From contig JBEGVV010000086.1 of the NCBI GenBank assembly GCA_041178225.1, forward strand, positions 472-64,471: DNA of 64,000 nt, in the 5' to 3' direction. Origin of the DNA: Pseudomonadota bacterium. Lineage in GTDB: Bacteria; Pseudomonadota; Alphaproteobacteria; CACIAM-22H2. Position numbers and translations under genes: made by a program. Below, in pieces: positions 47,777-56,988 of the stretch; within the stretch, counting starts at the first letter, position 1; every line of letters starts with the position of its first letter. Below the pieces are notes generated by a model. It saw only the letters and a program-made list of their open reading frames with translations. It did no database searches and was not told the DNA's origin.

Positions 47777-48025
47777 CTAGGCGGTCAGCGACATGGCGCC
47801 GCCGCGCGCGCGCTCCCTGCGCCCGTCGGCGCGGTAGCCGGCGGGCGGGTCGACGCTCGACCCCGCCTGCCGCGACATCGCGGCTTCCTCCGCGCGCCGT
47901 CGCTCCTTCGCGTTCGCGAGCTTCTGCTCTTCCGCGGCGCGGCGCGCCTGCGCCTCCTCCGGGCCGGGGCGCGTGGCGCCGAGCACGCGGTCGCGGAGAG
48001 GATGCGAGGCGACTGCATGGCTCAT
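47777..48025 (-). CDS. small basic/acidic hypothetical protein (82 aa) coupled to J-domain gene
   Basis: ATGA overlap with upstream J-domain gene stop; Arg/Glu-rich. Confidence 0.35.
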   Translation of the reverse strand: MSHAVASHPLRDRVLGATRPGPEEAQARRAAEEQKLANAKERRRAEEAAMSRQAGSSVDPPAGYRADGRRERARGGAMSLTA

Positions 48026-48642
48026 GGGCGCGCGCGCTTCCTTCGTTCCTGGAGGACGTCGAATATGCGCATGAAGTAGCGGAATTCCGCGCTCGACGCA
48101 TCCGGATCGTCGCGGGAAGCGGCCGAATCGGGGTGGAACCGTCGCGCGAAGGCACGCCGCGCGGCCTCCAGGACGAAGTCGGGCGCCTCCGGGGAGAGGC
48201 CCACCCGCGCATAGAGGGCCGCGGTCGAGTCCCGGCTGGCGTCGTCCCCGGCCGGCTTCGGCGCGGCAGCGGCCTGGCCGGCCGCGACCTGCGACTTGAG
48301 CTGCATGTAGGAACGCTCGAAGTACCGCGATCGCTGCCCCACGACCTGCAGGGTCTCTTCCAGGCGCGCCATCTGCCCGCGCAGCGCCTCGACGGTCTCC
48401 TCGAGCCCGCGCGCGCGCTGCTCGCTTGCCGCGCGGCGCGGATCGACCTGGTCCTGGGCGGGGCGCGCCTCCGTGGAGCGCTCGCGCAGGGCATCCTCCA
48501 GGGTGACGACGCGGTCGCCATCCCTCCTGCGCCAGCGATAGGGCGCGCGCCGCGCCGCCGGCGCCGGCGCGTCCTGCGCGGCGTCCTGCCGCGAGCCGGC
48601 GATCCGCCGACGCAATCGCTCGAGCCATTCAATCCGGATCAA
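48022..48642 (-). CDS. coiled-coil protein with C-terminal J domain (DnaJ-like HPD motif); start uncertain (TTG 48642 or ATG 48372)
   Basis: ALYARVGLSPEAPDFVLEAARRAFARRFHPDSAAS...AEFRYFMRIFDVLQ fits J-domain helices I-III with HPD. Confidence 0.55.
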   Translation of the reverse strand: MIRIEWLERLRRRIAGSRQDAAQDAPAPAARRAPYRWRRRDGDRVVTLEDALRERSTEARPAQDQVDPRRAASEQRARGLEETVEALRGQMARLEETLQVVGQRSRYFERSYMQLKSQVAAGQAAAAPKPAGDDASRDSTAALYARVGLSPEAPDFVLEAARRAFARRFHPDSAASRDDPDASSAEFRYFMRIFDVLQERRKRARP

Positions 48643-48763
48643 GGTGCCGGACGCTAGCGGCTCGGCGGGCGCCCGCGGGGGGCGAGACGGGTCCGAAACG
48701 GACGCGAAGCGAGTCCGCCGCGGGGCGCGCGTCCCTATCGTTGCCGCGTGGAATGAGGGACGG

Positions 48764-49156
48764 ATGGCCAACACCTCCAGGCTGCTCGAGGGTGCGATGC
48801 GCTGGTGGTCCGCGCGCGGCGGGCTCACCGCGTCCAACGTCGCGCGTGCCGACATCCCCGGCGAGAAGTCCAGGGACTTCGCGCAGACGCTGGCGGAGCA
48901 CGTGAACAAGCCCGTCCCGCCCCGGCTGCCGATGGCGTCGACCACGCCCGGGCACCGCGCGGGTCGGCTTGGCGAGGCGGATCGCGTCGCGAAGGTGGTC
49001 GAGGAGCGCGGCACGTCGGTGATCAGCGGCAACGAGATCTCGGTCGAGGAAGAGATGATGAAGCTCGCCGAGATCTCCGCGCAGCACCAGCTCGCGGCGA
49101 CGACGTACCGGAAGAACGTGTCTCTCCTGCGCCTCGCGCTGCGCGGAGGCCGCTGA
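48764..49156 (+). CDS. flgB: flagellar basal-body rod protein FlgB
   Basis: Met41 of track ORF 48644..49156 after GAGGGA; C-terminal GNEISVEEEMMKLAEISAQHQLAATTYRKNVSLLRLAL rod motif. Confidence 0.8.
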   Translation: MANTSRLLEGAMRWWSARGGLTASNVARADIPGEKSRDFAQTLAEHVNKPVPPRLPMASTTPGHRAGRLGEADRVAKVVEERGTSVISGNEISVEEEMMKLAEISAQHQLAATTYRKNVSLLRLALRGGR

Positions 49157-49563
49157 TGCGCATCCGCGACATATTCGGCCTCTCGGGCTCGGCGATGAAG
49201 GCGCAGTCGACGCGCATGCGCGTGATCGCCGAGAACGTCGCGAACGCGGAGACGCTCGACAACGGGACGGGCGCGCCCTACCAGCGCAAGCTCACGGTCC
49301 TGCAGGCCAAGCTGGCGAACCGCACCGACCTGCGGAGCGTCGAGGTCGGCCGGATCGCGGCGGACCGGACGGCGGGCATCAAGAAGCACGAACCCGGGCA
49401 CCCGAAGGCCGACGAGTTCGGCTACGTGACCTATTCCAACGTCAATCCCATCGTCGAGATGAGCGACCTGCGCGACGCCGACCGCAGCTACCGCGCCAAC
49501 ATCCAGGTGGTCGACACGGCGAAGCGCCTGTTCCGGAATGCAATCGAACTCATGAAAGGCTGA
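49156..49563 (+). CDS. flgC: flagellar basal-body rod protein FlgC
   Basis: AENVANAET...YVTYSNVNPIVEMSDLRDADRSYRANIQVVDTAKRLF; TGATG overlap with flgB. Confidence 0.88.
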   Translation: MRIRDIFGLSGSAMKAQSTRMRVIAENVANAETLDNGTGAPYQRKLTVLQAKLANRTDLRSVEVGRIAADRTAGIKKHEPGHPKADEFGYVTYSNVNPIVEMSDLRDADRSYRANIQVVDTAKRLFRNAIELMKG

Positions 49564-49568
49564 AGCAG

Positions 49569-49847
49569 ATGAAGATCGATCCGACCAGGTCGGCGGGCCT
49601 GCAGGCCCTGCAGGGCCACGCCTCGTCCGCCAGATCCTTCGACGACGTCCTCAAGTCCACGTACCGCGAGGCCGCGCGCGCCGTCTCGGGCGTCGAGGAA
49701 GCGAACCGGCAGGTCGCGCTCGGCACCGCGGACGTCGACGCCGTGGCGACCACGGTCGCCGACGCCGAGGTGATGCTCGAGACGCTGGTGACGATCAGGG
49801 ACAAGCTGGTCACCGCCTACAACGACCTCGTCCGCACGCCGGTCTGA
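49569..49847 (+). CDS. fliE: flagellar hook-basal body protein FliE
   Basis: 92 aa; FDDVLKSTYREAARAV...VATTVADAEVMLETLVTIRDKLVTAYNDLVRTPV. Confidence 0.8.
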   Translation: MKIDPTRSAGLQALQGHASSARSFDDVLKSTYREAARAVSGVEEANRQVALGTADVDAVATTVADAEVMLETLVTIRDKLVTAYNDLVRTPV

Positions 49848-49859
49848 CGCGGAGGGGCG

Positions 49860-50147
49860 GTGGACGCGATCTCCTTCCTGACGCTCTGCGGCGAGGCGAT
49901 GCGCGTGACGGCGCTGGTGGCCGGGCCGCCGATCGCCGCGGCGTTCGTCGTGGGCGGCATCGTCGCCATGCTGCAGGCCGTGACCCAGGTCCAGGAGATG
50001 ACGATCACCTTCGTGCCGAAGGTCGTCGCGATCGTGGCGGTCATGCTGCTCGCCGGCACGGTCTCCCTCGAGGCGCTGCAGGCGTTCGGCCTCCGCACGA
50101 CCGAGCTCGTCAAGGAGTACAGGTATGTCGCCGGCAGACCAGGCTGA
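49860..50147 (+). CDS. fliQ: flagellar biosynthesis protein FliQ
   Basis: 95 aa, two TM; PPIAAAFVVGGIVAMLQAVTQVQEMTITFVPK. Confidence 0.8.
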   Translation: MDAISFLTLCGEAMRVTALVAGPPIAAAFVVGGIVAMLQAVTQVQEMTITFVPKVVAIVAVMLLAGTVSLEALQAFGLRTTELVKEYRYVAGRPG

Positions 50148-51108
50148 AGGCGAGGCGGCTCCGCAGCCGCCTCGTGCCGAGCTGTCGAGCGAGGAGATCT
50201 CGGCCCTGCTGGAGAACCGGCCGGCGGAGCCGCTGGGCGGCATCAAGGCCTATATCGAGCGCGTCGCGCAGGACGCGCAGGCCAGCAATCGCATGCCGAT
50301 GCTGGAGATCATCCTCGACCGCTTCGTGCGTTCCGTGAACACGACGATGCGGAACTTCACGTCCGAGAACGTCGACATCTCGATGGACAACGTCACGACG
50401 CAGCGATACGACGAATTCCTCACCGCGCTTTCCGTGCCGACGATGATCGCGATGCTCCGCTCCCAGAAGTGGAGCAACTACGCGCTGGTCGTCGTCGAGG
50501 CGCCGCTCACCTACGCGGTGGTGGACGTGCTGCTGGGCGGCCGGCACGGGGGCGACCTGCGCGGCCTCGAGGGGCGGAGCTTCACGACGATCGAGCGCCG
50601 CATGATCGAGCGCGTGGTGCGGACGCTGGTCGCCGACCTGACGGCGGCCTTCGCCGCCATCGGGGATCCTGCCTTCGCCTTCGACCGGCTGGAGACGAAC
50701 CCGAAGTTCGTGATGCTCGCGCGCCCGGAGACGCCGACGACGGTCGCGACGTTCCGGTTCTACATGGAGGACCGCGGCGGCAAGTTCATGGTGGCCCTGC
50801 CCGCCAACCTCCTCTACCCCGTCAAGGACCAGCTCGCGCAGCCCTTCCTGGGCGAGTCCTCCGACAACGACGCGAGCTGGAAGCAGACGCTCGGCGACCA
50901 GGTCGGTGCCGCGCCGGTGCGCGTCGACGCGGTGATCGACAAGCTGACGATCTCCCTGGACGAGGTCCTGGCCTGGCGTCCAGGCTCGCGGCTCGTCCTC
51001 AACGCGACCCCGGCGTCGCCGGTCGAGCTCAGGGCGGACAGCCTCACGATCGCGCATGGCGAGATGGGGCGCGTCGGCTCGCGGGTCGCGGTGAGGATCC
51101 AGTCGTGA
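50125..51108 (+). CDS. fliM: flagellar motor switch protein FliM
   Basis: LSSEEISALLE N-terminal CheY-P-binding-like motif; AAGGAG RBS; 327 aa. Confidence 0.85.
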   Translation: MSPADQAEGEAAPQPPRAELSSEEISALLENRPAEPLGGIKAYIERVAQDAQASNRMPMLEIILDRFVRSVNTTMRNFTSENVDISMDNVTTQRYDEFLTALSVPTMIAMLRSQKWSNYALVVVEAPLTYAVVDVLLGGRHGGDLRGLEGRSFTTIERRMIERVVRTLVADLTAAFAAIGDPAFAFDRLETNPKFVMLARPETPTTVATFRFYMEDRGGKFMVALPANLLYPVKDQLAQPFLGESSDNDASWKQTLGDQVGAAPVRVDAVIDKLTISLDEVLAWRPGSRLVLNATPASPVELRADSLTIAHGEMGRVGSRVAVRIQS

Positions 51109-51494
51109 TCGACCTCGCCGACCCCTACACGATCTGGCAGGTGTCGCAGACCGCGCTCGTGGTGGCGATGCTGGCCGTGATGTGGCGCCTGCACCGCAGG
51201 CTCGACTCCCTGCGCGATGCGCGGGAGGAGGCGGCGCGCTGGCTGGAGCAGTTCTCCGGCCTCGTGTCGCGGACGGAAACACTGCTGCGGCAGGCGAGGC
51301 AGCAGGCGCTCGCCTCCCAGCCGCAATCGACCGAGGTGAAGCAAGATGCCGAACAGCAGCAAGCCGACCGCGCCGCGACAGCGGCAGATCCAGCCGTCGC
51401 CGGCGCGCAAGGCCCCGCCCGGAGGAACGGACAGGACGCCTCCGCGGGAGTCCGGATCGCCCGGCTCGAGGATCTCCTTGGAAAGCTCCGCTAG
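51105..51494 (+). CDS. hypothetical membrane protein in flagellar operon (GTGA-coupled to fliM)
   Basis: GTG at aa 213 of track ORF 50469..51494; one TM then coiled coil. Confidence 0.4.
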   Translation: MIDLADPYTIWQVSQTALVVAMLAVMWRLHRRLDSLRDAREEAARWLEQFSGLVSRTETLLRQARQQALASQPQSTEVKQDAEQQQADRAATAADPAVAGAQGPARRNGQDASAGVRIARLEDLLGKLR

Positions 51495-51513
51495 GAAGCC
51501 CGCGCTGGGACGC

Positions 51514-52227
51514 GTGATCGTCTCGGCGTTCTCCGCGATCTCGCTGGCGGGCCTGTTCACGCTGTGGATGGGCGCGCCGCGCGCCGGCACGGCCGAGCCT
51601 CCGGCGCAGCGCGCGATCGCCGCGGTGTCGGCGCCTGCGGCGGAACGCCAGGCGTCGGCATGGCCGCGCCCGGCCACCGACCCACTCGACCTCACGCCGG
51701 ACCGGATGAGGCTCCTGGAGCAGTCGGGCGACCTCCTGCGCCGCGCGCAGGAGCGCGAGGAAAAGGTGACGCTGCGCGAGCGGCTTCTCGACGCGGGACG
51801 TGCCGAGCTCGAGCGCAAGGTGGCCATGTTCGAGCGCGATGCCGCCGGGAGCCGCGAGAGGCTGCGCGAGGCCCTCGAGCGCGACCTCGCGGACAGGCGC
51901 CAGAAGCTCGAGGAGAAGGAGAAGGAACTCGCCGAGCGTGAAGCCGCCGTGGCGCGCGTGCAGGACGACATGAAGCGGCAGGTCGGCCAGCAGTTCGACC
52001 AGATCGTCAGCTCCTACCTGGGCCTGAAGCCCAAGCGCGCGGCGCGCATCCTCGAGGAGCGTGGCGCGACCGAGGCGGCGGTGGTCCTGTTCCTGATGCC
52101 CGACGACGCGCGCAACCGGATCCTCGGCGAGATGGATCCCGCGATGGTCGCGGGGATCCTCAAGACGCCGTTCGCCGAGCGCATGCTTCCCGGGCGAGGC
52201 GCGGCCAGCGCGCGCCCGCAACCGTGA
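51514..52227 (+). CDS. motE: MotE-like flagellar motility protein (MgtE-N-like domain), start uncertain
   Basis: TM then coiled coil then KPKRAARILEERGATEAAVVLFLMPDDARNRILGEMDPAMVAGIL (MgtE_N-like). Confidence 0.5.
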   Translation: MIVSAFSAISLAGLFTLWMGAPRAGTAEPPAQRAIAAVSAPAAERQASAWPRPATDPLDLTPDRMRLLEQSGDLLRRAQEREEKVTLRERLLDAGRAELERKVAMFERDAAGSRERLREALERDLADRRQKLEEKEKELAEREAAVARVQDDMKRQVGQQFDQIVSSYLGLKPKRAARILEERGATEAAVVLFLMPDDARNRILGEMDPAMVAGILKTPFAERMLPGRGAASARPQP

Positions 52228-52604
52228 GGGGCGCCGCCATCCTGTCCGTCGCCGCGCTCGCCGCCGGCGCGGCGGTCGCCCAGACCGCCAGCGCGCCGGA
52301 CGTGCGCATCGACTACCCGAAGCTGATGATCCGCGTGCCGGCCGGCGGCGCCATGCCGCCCGCTCTTTCGATCGCGCCGACGGCGTACATTCCGGCCGAC
52401 AACCTCGAGCGCGCGCAGCGGCTCGAGGGCGAGATCCGCGTCCGGATCTTCGAGGCGGTGGCCAAGGCCTACCAGGGTCTTCCGCAAGGGGGCGCCGCCG
52501 GCCTCGACATCAAGCTGCTCGAGGAGCGCATCTCGGCGGAGATCGCCGAACTCTCCGGCGGCGGTCCCGTGCGCATCGTCTTCCGCGAATTCGCACTCCG
52601 CTAG
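52224..52604 (+). CDS. periplasmic hypothetical protein (signal peptide), GTGA-coupled
   Basis: MRGAAILSVAALAAGAAVAQTASA signal; 126 aa. Confidence 0.45.
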   Translation: MRGAAILSVAALAAGAAVAQTASAPDVRIDYPKLMIRVPAGGAMPPALSIAPTAYIPADNLERAQRLEGEIRVRIFEAVAKAYQGLPQGGAAGLDIKLLEERISAEIAELSGGGPVRIVFREFALR

Positions 52605-52624
52605 CCCGACCGGACGCACCAGCA

Positions 52625-52891
52625 ATGGACATCATGTTCTTCCTCGTCGCGGTCGTGATCGGCGCCGTGATCGCCGTGGTCCTCGCGATCAACATGCGCA
52701 TGTCCAGCGAGGTGGCGAGGCTGCGATCGGAGGTCGCCGAACTCGATCGCGCGCGTTCCGAGATCGCGGGGATGCTCGGCGAGGCCCGCGAGGCGATCGG
52801 CGCCGCCGATCGCGACATGAAGAACATGCGCACCGAGTTCCGCGCCGAGATCGACCAGAGGCTGAAGAGCGCCGCCGGCGGACAGGGGTGA
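52625..52891 (+). CDS. small membrane-anchored coiled-coil protein
   Basis: TM MDIMFFLVAVVIGAVIAVVLAI then coiled coil; 88 aa. Confidence 0.4.
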   Translation: MDIMFFLVAVVIGAVIAVVLAINMRMSSEVARLRSEVAELDRARSEIAGMLGEAREAIGAADRDMKNMRTEFRAEIDQRLKSAAGGQG

Positions 52892-53198
52892 CGGGCGGCG
52901 GCGATAGCGCCGATCCGGACCTGTCTTCGCGGGGGCGCGATCCGGCGTTCCATAGTTTCGCGCCATGAACACCGTCGTTCCATCCGGTCCCGGGTCGCGG
53001 GGCCGGAACGAACTCGAGACCGCCCAGCGTACCCGCGGGGACACGGGAACCGGCCTCGCGCGGCGCGGCGGCAGGGGCGTGACCGCCGACACGGGCGCGC
53101 CCCAGGCGGCGCTTGCCCGCCGGCTCGAGGACCTGCCGCGCCAGGCGGTCATGCCGCGGGGATCCTACGTCGACATCCTTGCCTGAGCCGGTGGCCCC

Positions 53199-54263
53199 AT
53201 GAGCGAGGAGAAGAAGGACAAGGCGGGCGGCGGCGACATCTTCATCAAGAAGATCAAGAAGGGCGCCCACGGCGCGCATGGCGGCGTCTGGAAGCTCGCC
53301 TACGCCGACTTCGTGACGGCCATGATGGCCTTCTTCCTGCTGATGTGGCTGCTCAACGTGACATCGGAGGAGATGAAGTCGGGGCTCGCGCAGTATTTCT
53401 CGCCCGACGCCATGTCGAGCTCGTCGAGCGGCAGCGGCGACGTGTTCTTCGGGCTCACCGTCACCGTCGAGTCGCCGATGCAGGCCCAGAGCGGCGGCGT
53501 CGCGACGATCATCCCGATCCCGGAATCCGTGCGCCAGGGCGATGGCGGTGCGAGCGGCACCGGCAGGGGCGAGGCGGCGCAGTCGAGCTCCGAGGCCACG
53601 CGGCAGGGTGGAACGGCGGAGTCGCAGCAGCAGGGCGCCGACGCCGCGCCGCAGCGCCCCGAGCCCACGCCGCCGGCGCCCGAGCCGCGCGAGGCGCAGG
53701 CGGCGGCCGGCGCCTCGGCGACGCCATCGCCCGATCCCCGGGGCGAGGTGCCTGCCGGGCAGGCAGCGGGAAACGCGCGCGAGCAGTCCGACGCGCGCGA
53801 CGTGGCTGCCCTGCAGCAGCGCCTGCTGCAGGCGATGCGCGAGGCGGGCCTGCGCGACGTGACACCCGCCAATCTCAGCGTCTCGGCGCGGCCGGATGGC
53901 GTGCTGATCGAGATCATGGACGCGCCTGGCATCGCGATGTTCGAGATCGGCAGCGCCAGGCCGCAGGAGGAGGCGCGGAAGTTCATCGCGGCGGTGGCGC
54001 GCGTCCTGCGCGAGAGGCAGGAGCAGATCGCGGTCTTCGGGCACACCGACGCGCGTCCGTTCCCGACCGCGAACTACACGAACTGGGAACTCGCCGCCGA
54101 CCGCGCGAACGCGGCGCGGCGCGTGCTGCTCGATGGCGGGATCCGCGCGGACCGGGTCGTCGAGGTGAACTCGCGCGCGGACATGCTGCCGCGCAATCCG
54201 GCGGATCGCTTCGCGCCGGAGAACCGCCGCATAGAGATCCTGCTCGTCCGGCCGCCGCAATGA
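53199..54263 (+). CDS. motB: flagellar motor protein MotB (OmpA-like C-terminal peptidoglycan-binding domain)
   Basis: N-terminal TM with conserved Asp (AYADFVTAMMAFFLLMWLL), Pro/Gln-rich linker, C-terminal OmpA-like FGHTDARPF...NRRIEIL. Confidence 0.88.
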   Translation: MSEEKKDKAGGGDIFIKKIKKGAHGAHGGVWKLAYADFVTAMMAFFLLMWLLNVTSEEMKSGLAQYFSPDAMSSSSSGSGDVFFGLTVTVESPMQAQSGGVATIIPIPESVRQGDGGASGTGRGEAAQSSSEATRQGGTAESQQQGADAAPQRPEPTPPAPEPREAQAAAGASATPSPDPRGEVPAGQAAGNAREQSDARDVAALQQRLLQAMREAGLRDVTPANLSVSARPDGVLIEIMDAPGIAMFEIGSARPQEEARKFIAAVARVLRERQEQIAVFGHTDARPFPTANYTNWELAADRANAARRVLLDGGIRADRVVEVNSRADMLPRNPADRFAPENRRIEILLVRPPQ

Positions 54264-54559
54264 ACGCGCTGCTTTCACCGGGCGCGGGGTTCCTCGTGCT
54301 GGCGCTCGGCGGCGCGGGCGCGCTCGTCGTGCTCGTCCTGCACGCGAGGCTCCAGTCCGAGCTCGAGTCGCTGCTGGCTCGCCAGAGGCAGGCGAGCACG
54401 GAACTCCGGAAGATCAGGATCGATGCCGCGGCGGTCCGGACGGAGGCGGAAAAGGTCGCGTCCAAGCTCACCGTCACGCGCGACTACCTTGGCAGCGAGC
54501 TCACCAAGGCGCTGGAGCCGCCGAAGCCCGCGCGCAAGCCCGCGCGCAAGGGAGCCTGA
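54260..54559 (+). CDS. small TM protein, ATGA-coupled to motB
   Basis: 99 aa; TM then coiled coil; Lys/Arg-rich C-terminus. Confidence 0.4.
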   Translation: MNALLSPGAGFLVLALGGAGALVVLVLHARLQSELESLLARQRQASTELRKIRIDAAAVRTEAEKVASKLTVTRDYLGSELTKALEPPKPARKPARKGA

Positions 54560-54563
54560 CGCG

Positions 54564-55784
54564 ATGCGCATGGCCCTCGCGTTCGCGTTCACGCTCGCCG
54601 CGGCTCTCATGCTCGCAGCCATGCCCTCGCGCGTGCACGCGCAGGCAGGCGTCTCGTTCGAGTCGGCCGTGGCGACCGCGCGGGTGCTCGCCGCGCGCCG
54701 GGACGTCGACAACGCGCGCGCCATCATCCGGGCGACGAATGCCTACGCCGCCGGCGGCGGCACGTCGCGTTCCCTCCCGGAGGCCCATGCCGCCGCCTTC
54801 GAGGCGCTGCTTGCGACGCACGGCGCGGCCTCCGCCGACTGGCTCGCGCGCGACGATGCGCAGCGCGCCCGCGTCCGCGACGCGCGCGTCGTCCTCGGCG
54901 CGGTGCGGAACCCCGGCAAGGCGAAGCCGGAGGCGGTCGCGCGGGCGGTCGGCGACGGCACCTGCCATCTCCTGCTCGACGCGACCGTGATCCGGCCGGC
55001 CGAGGCGCGCCGCGTCGTGGAGTCGGTGCTGGAGGGAGGGTTCGACTTCGCGGACGACCAGAAGCGCTGCCTCGTGCGCGCGGTCGCCTCGAACCCTGAA
55101 TTCGCCCACGGTCCCCTGCCGCCTCTCGGCGCGCTCGCGGCCTCGGGGGACGAGGAGACGCTCGCGCTCCTCGTGCAGTTCGCCGCCGCGCAGGGCAGCT
55201 TTCCCAAGGCGCTCGCATTCGCCGCCGAGGCGACGGATGCGGGCCAGAGGGCGCGGTTGCAGGCCGCCGTGGTGACGATGCGCCAGTTCGCGTCGATAGC
55301 CCTGCCCGAGCCCGACCTGCTGCGGGCGCTCTGGACCAACGCCCGGCAGCGGACGGGCGGCGAGAGGCTTCTCTTCGGCTCCCTCCTCGCTTCGCGCGCG
55401 ACCGCGGAGTTCTGGATCGCCGAGGCAGGGAACGTCGCGGAATTCGCCGGGCGTGATCCTGCCGCGCGTGCCGTGGTGGCCCTTGCCGCACGCCGTGCCC
55501 TCGCCGGCTCGACGCCGGCCTCGCGGGCCGCGCTCTGGTCGGCGGCTCCGTCGATGCGGCCCTCCGCGGACTTCCTCGTGGTGCACGCGGCCTTCTCCGA
55601 CCCTGCCGTCGAGGTCGCCATCCCCCCGGGCACCGATCCCGCGATCGCGCGTGCCATCCGTGTCGCGCGCGGCGCGGGTGCATCCTTCGGGCGCACCCTC
55701 GCCGAGTTCCCCGGCACCGGCGCCGGCGCGCTGGAGGTGGCGGCGCTGGTCGTCTCCGCGATTGGCGCTGCTCGTGCGGACTGA
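54564..55784 (+). CDS. secreted Ala-rich periplasmic protein (possible MotC-like motility protein)
   Basis: Met48 of track ORF after AGGGAG; signal peptide MRMALAFAFTLAAALMLAAMPSRVHAQA; 406 aa; position downstream of motB. Confidence 0.45.
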   Translation: MRMALAFAFTLAAALMLAAMPSRVHAQAGVSFESAVATARVLAARRDVDNARAIIRATNAYAAGGGTSRSLPEAHAAAFEALLATHGAASADWLARDDAQRARVRDARVVLGAVRNPGKAKPEAVARAVGDGTCHLLLDATVIRPAEARRVVESVLEGGFDFADDQKRCLVRAVASNPEFAHGPLPPLGALAASGDEETLALLVQFAAAQGSFPKALAFAAEATDAGQRARLQAAVVTMRQFASIALPEPDLLRALWTNARQRTGGERLLFGSLLASRATAEFWIAEAGNVAEFAGRDPAARAVVALAARRALAGSTPASRAALWSAAPSMRPSADFLVVHAAFSDPAVEVAIPPGTDPAIARAIRVARGAGASFGRTLAEFPGTGAGALEVAALVVSAIGAARAD

Positions 55785-56829
55785 GGCGCGCGTCCGCCTG
55801 GTGGCCTTCGTCCTGGGCGCGGTCCCGGCCGCGATGCTCGCGCTGTCGCCGGTCCGCGCGCATGCGCAGGTCGCGGCGACGGCGTGCGGCGGGGATTTCG
55901 AGGCGGCGCTGGCGAGGCTGGTGGCGATGCCGCCCGCGGCGATGTCGCCCGTCGACGTCTACAACGCCGCGTGGTTGCGCAGGATGCTCGGCGATCCGGC
56001 GCTGCTTCCCGCCGAGGCCCCCGCCCTTGATGGCGAGGTGACGGGGGCCTGCTCCGGGCGGCGCCTGGCAGCGCGGTTGGCCGAGCTGTGGCCGGGCTTC
56101 GCCGGAGGCAGCCTCGCGCCCGAACCGATCCGCGTCGTCGCCCTCGAGCGGGTGGTCGCGCAGGCCGCTCCAGCCCCGTCCCCGCCACCCGCGCCACCTG
56201 CGCCGCCTCCGCCACCCGCGCCATCTCCGCCTCCCGCGCCAACACCGCCGCCTGCGCCAGGCGCGCCACCGACGCTGCCCTCCATCGCCCCTCCGCCCGC
56301 CGCCGCGCCTCCCGCGGCCATCGCAGTGCCCAATCCTCCGCCGGCACCACTGGTCCCCGCGCCCCGGGCGGCCGCGATGCGCCCGCCATCGGCTCTCCCC
56401 GCCGCGATCATCCCGCCTCCGGGTCCTCCTCCGCCGCCTTCGTCCTCCCCGCCGCCGCGCCCCTCCAGCGCTCCGCCGGCACCGCCCGTGGTCCCCGCGC
56501 AGGCGCGATCCGAGACGCAGCCCGCCACGCCCTCGCGCGACGCGCCGCCGCGCGACGCCGCGCCGCGCGCGGTGGAACGTGGCCGCAAGCCGGCGCCCGT
56601 CGTGCTGCTCGGGGCGCACCAGAGCCGCGAGAGGGCGGAGGCCGCACTGGGCAGGCTCCGCGAGGCGCTCGGACCCGAGCTCGGCGCCCGCCTGTTGATC
56701 GATGGCAAGGCCCCGCGGCTGCGGATCCTGCTCTCGGACACGGAGCCGCAGGCGCGCTGCGAGGAACTCAAGGCGCGCGGCGTCGCATGTTCATTCCTCT
56801 ATCCCGCGGCCGACGGATCGTTGCGATGA
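55774..56829 (+). CDS. Pro-rich secreted protein with C-terminal SPOR (peptidoglycan-binding) domain
   Basis: signal peptide; long PAPPAPPPPPAPSPPPAP tract; C-terminal VVLLGAHQSRERAEAALGRLREALGPELGARLLIDGKAPRLRILLSDTEPQARCEELKARGVACSF (SPOR pattern). Confidence 0.55.
   Translation: MRTEARVRLVAFVLGAVPAAMLALSPVRAHAQVAATACGGDFEAALARLVAMPPAAMSPVDVYNAAWLRRMLGDPALLPAEAPALDGEVTGACSGRRLAARLAELWPGFAGGSLAPEPIRVVALERVVAQAAPAPSPPPAPPAPPPPPAPSPPPAPTPPPAPGAPPTLPSIAPPPAAAPPAAIAVPNPPPAPLVPAPRAAAMRPPSALPAAIIPPPGPPPPPSSSPPPRPSSAPPAPPVVPAQARSETQPATPSRDAPPRDAAPRAVERGRKPAPVVLLGAHQSRERAEAALGRLREALGPELGARLLIDGKAPRLRILLSDTEPQARCEELKARGVACSFLYPAADGSLR
56164..56524 (+). repeat. GC-rich near-tandem codon repeats encoding PAPP tract inside SPOR-protein gene
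   Basis: ccgcc(a/t)cc(c/t)gcgcc-type units; possible length-variable region. Confidence 0.45.
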
Positions 56830-56978
56830 GCCGCGGCAAGGACCAGGTGCGCGGCATCGAGGTGCCTGGCCGCCGGCCGACGCTGGCCTACCCGCTCCTG
56901 ATCGTTCGGCGGATGGGGATCCCGATCCTGCTGGCCTGCATGGCGCTCGACCTGCTCGTCCTGCTGCTGCTCGGCTGA
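56826..56978 (+). CDS. small hydrophobic membrane protein (50 aa), ATGA-coupled
   Basis: MSRGKDQVRGIEVPGRRPTLAYPLLIVRRMGIPILLACMALDLLVLLLLG. Confidence 0.35.
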   Translation: MSRGKDQVRGIEVPGRRPTLAYPLLIVRRMGIPILLACMALDLLVLLLLG

Positions 56979-56988
56979 GGCGGGGCCT

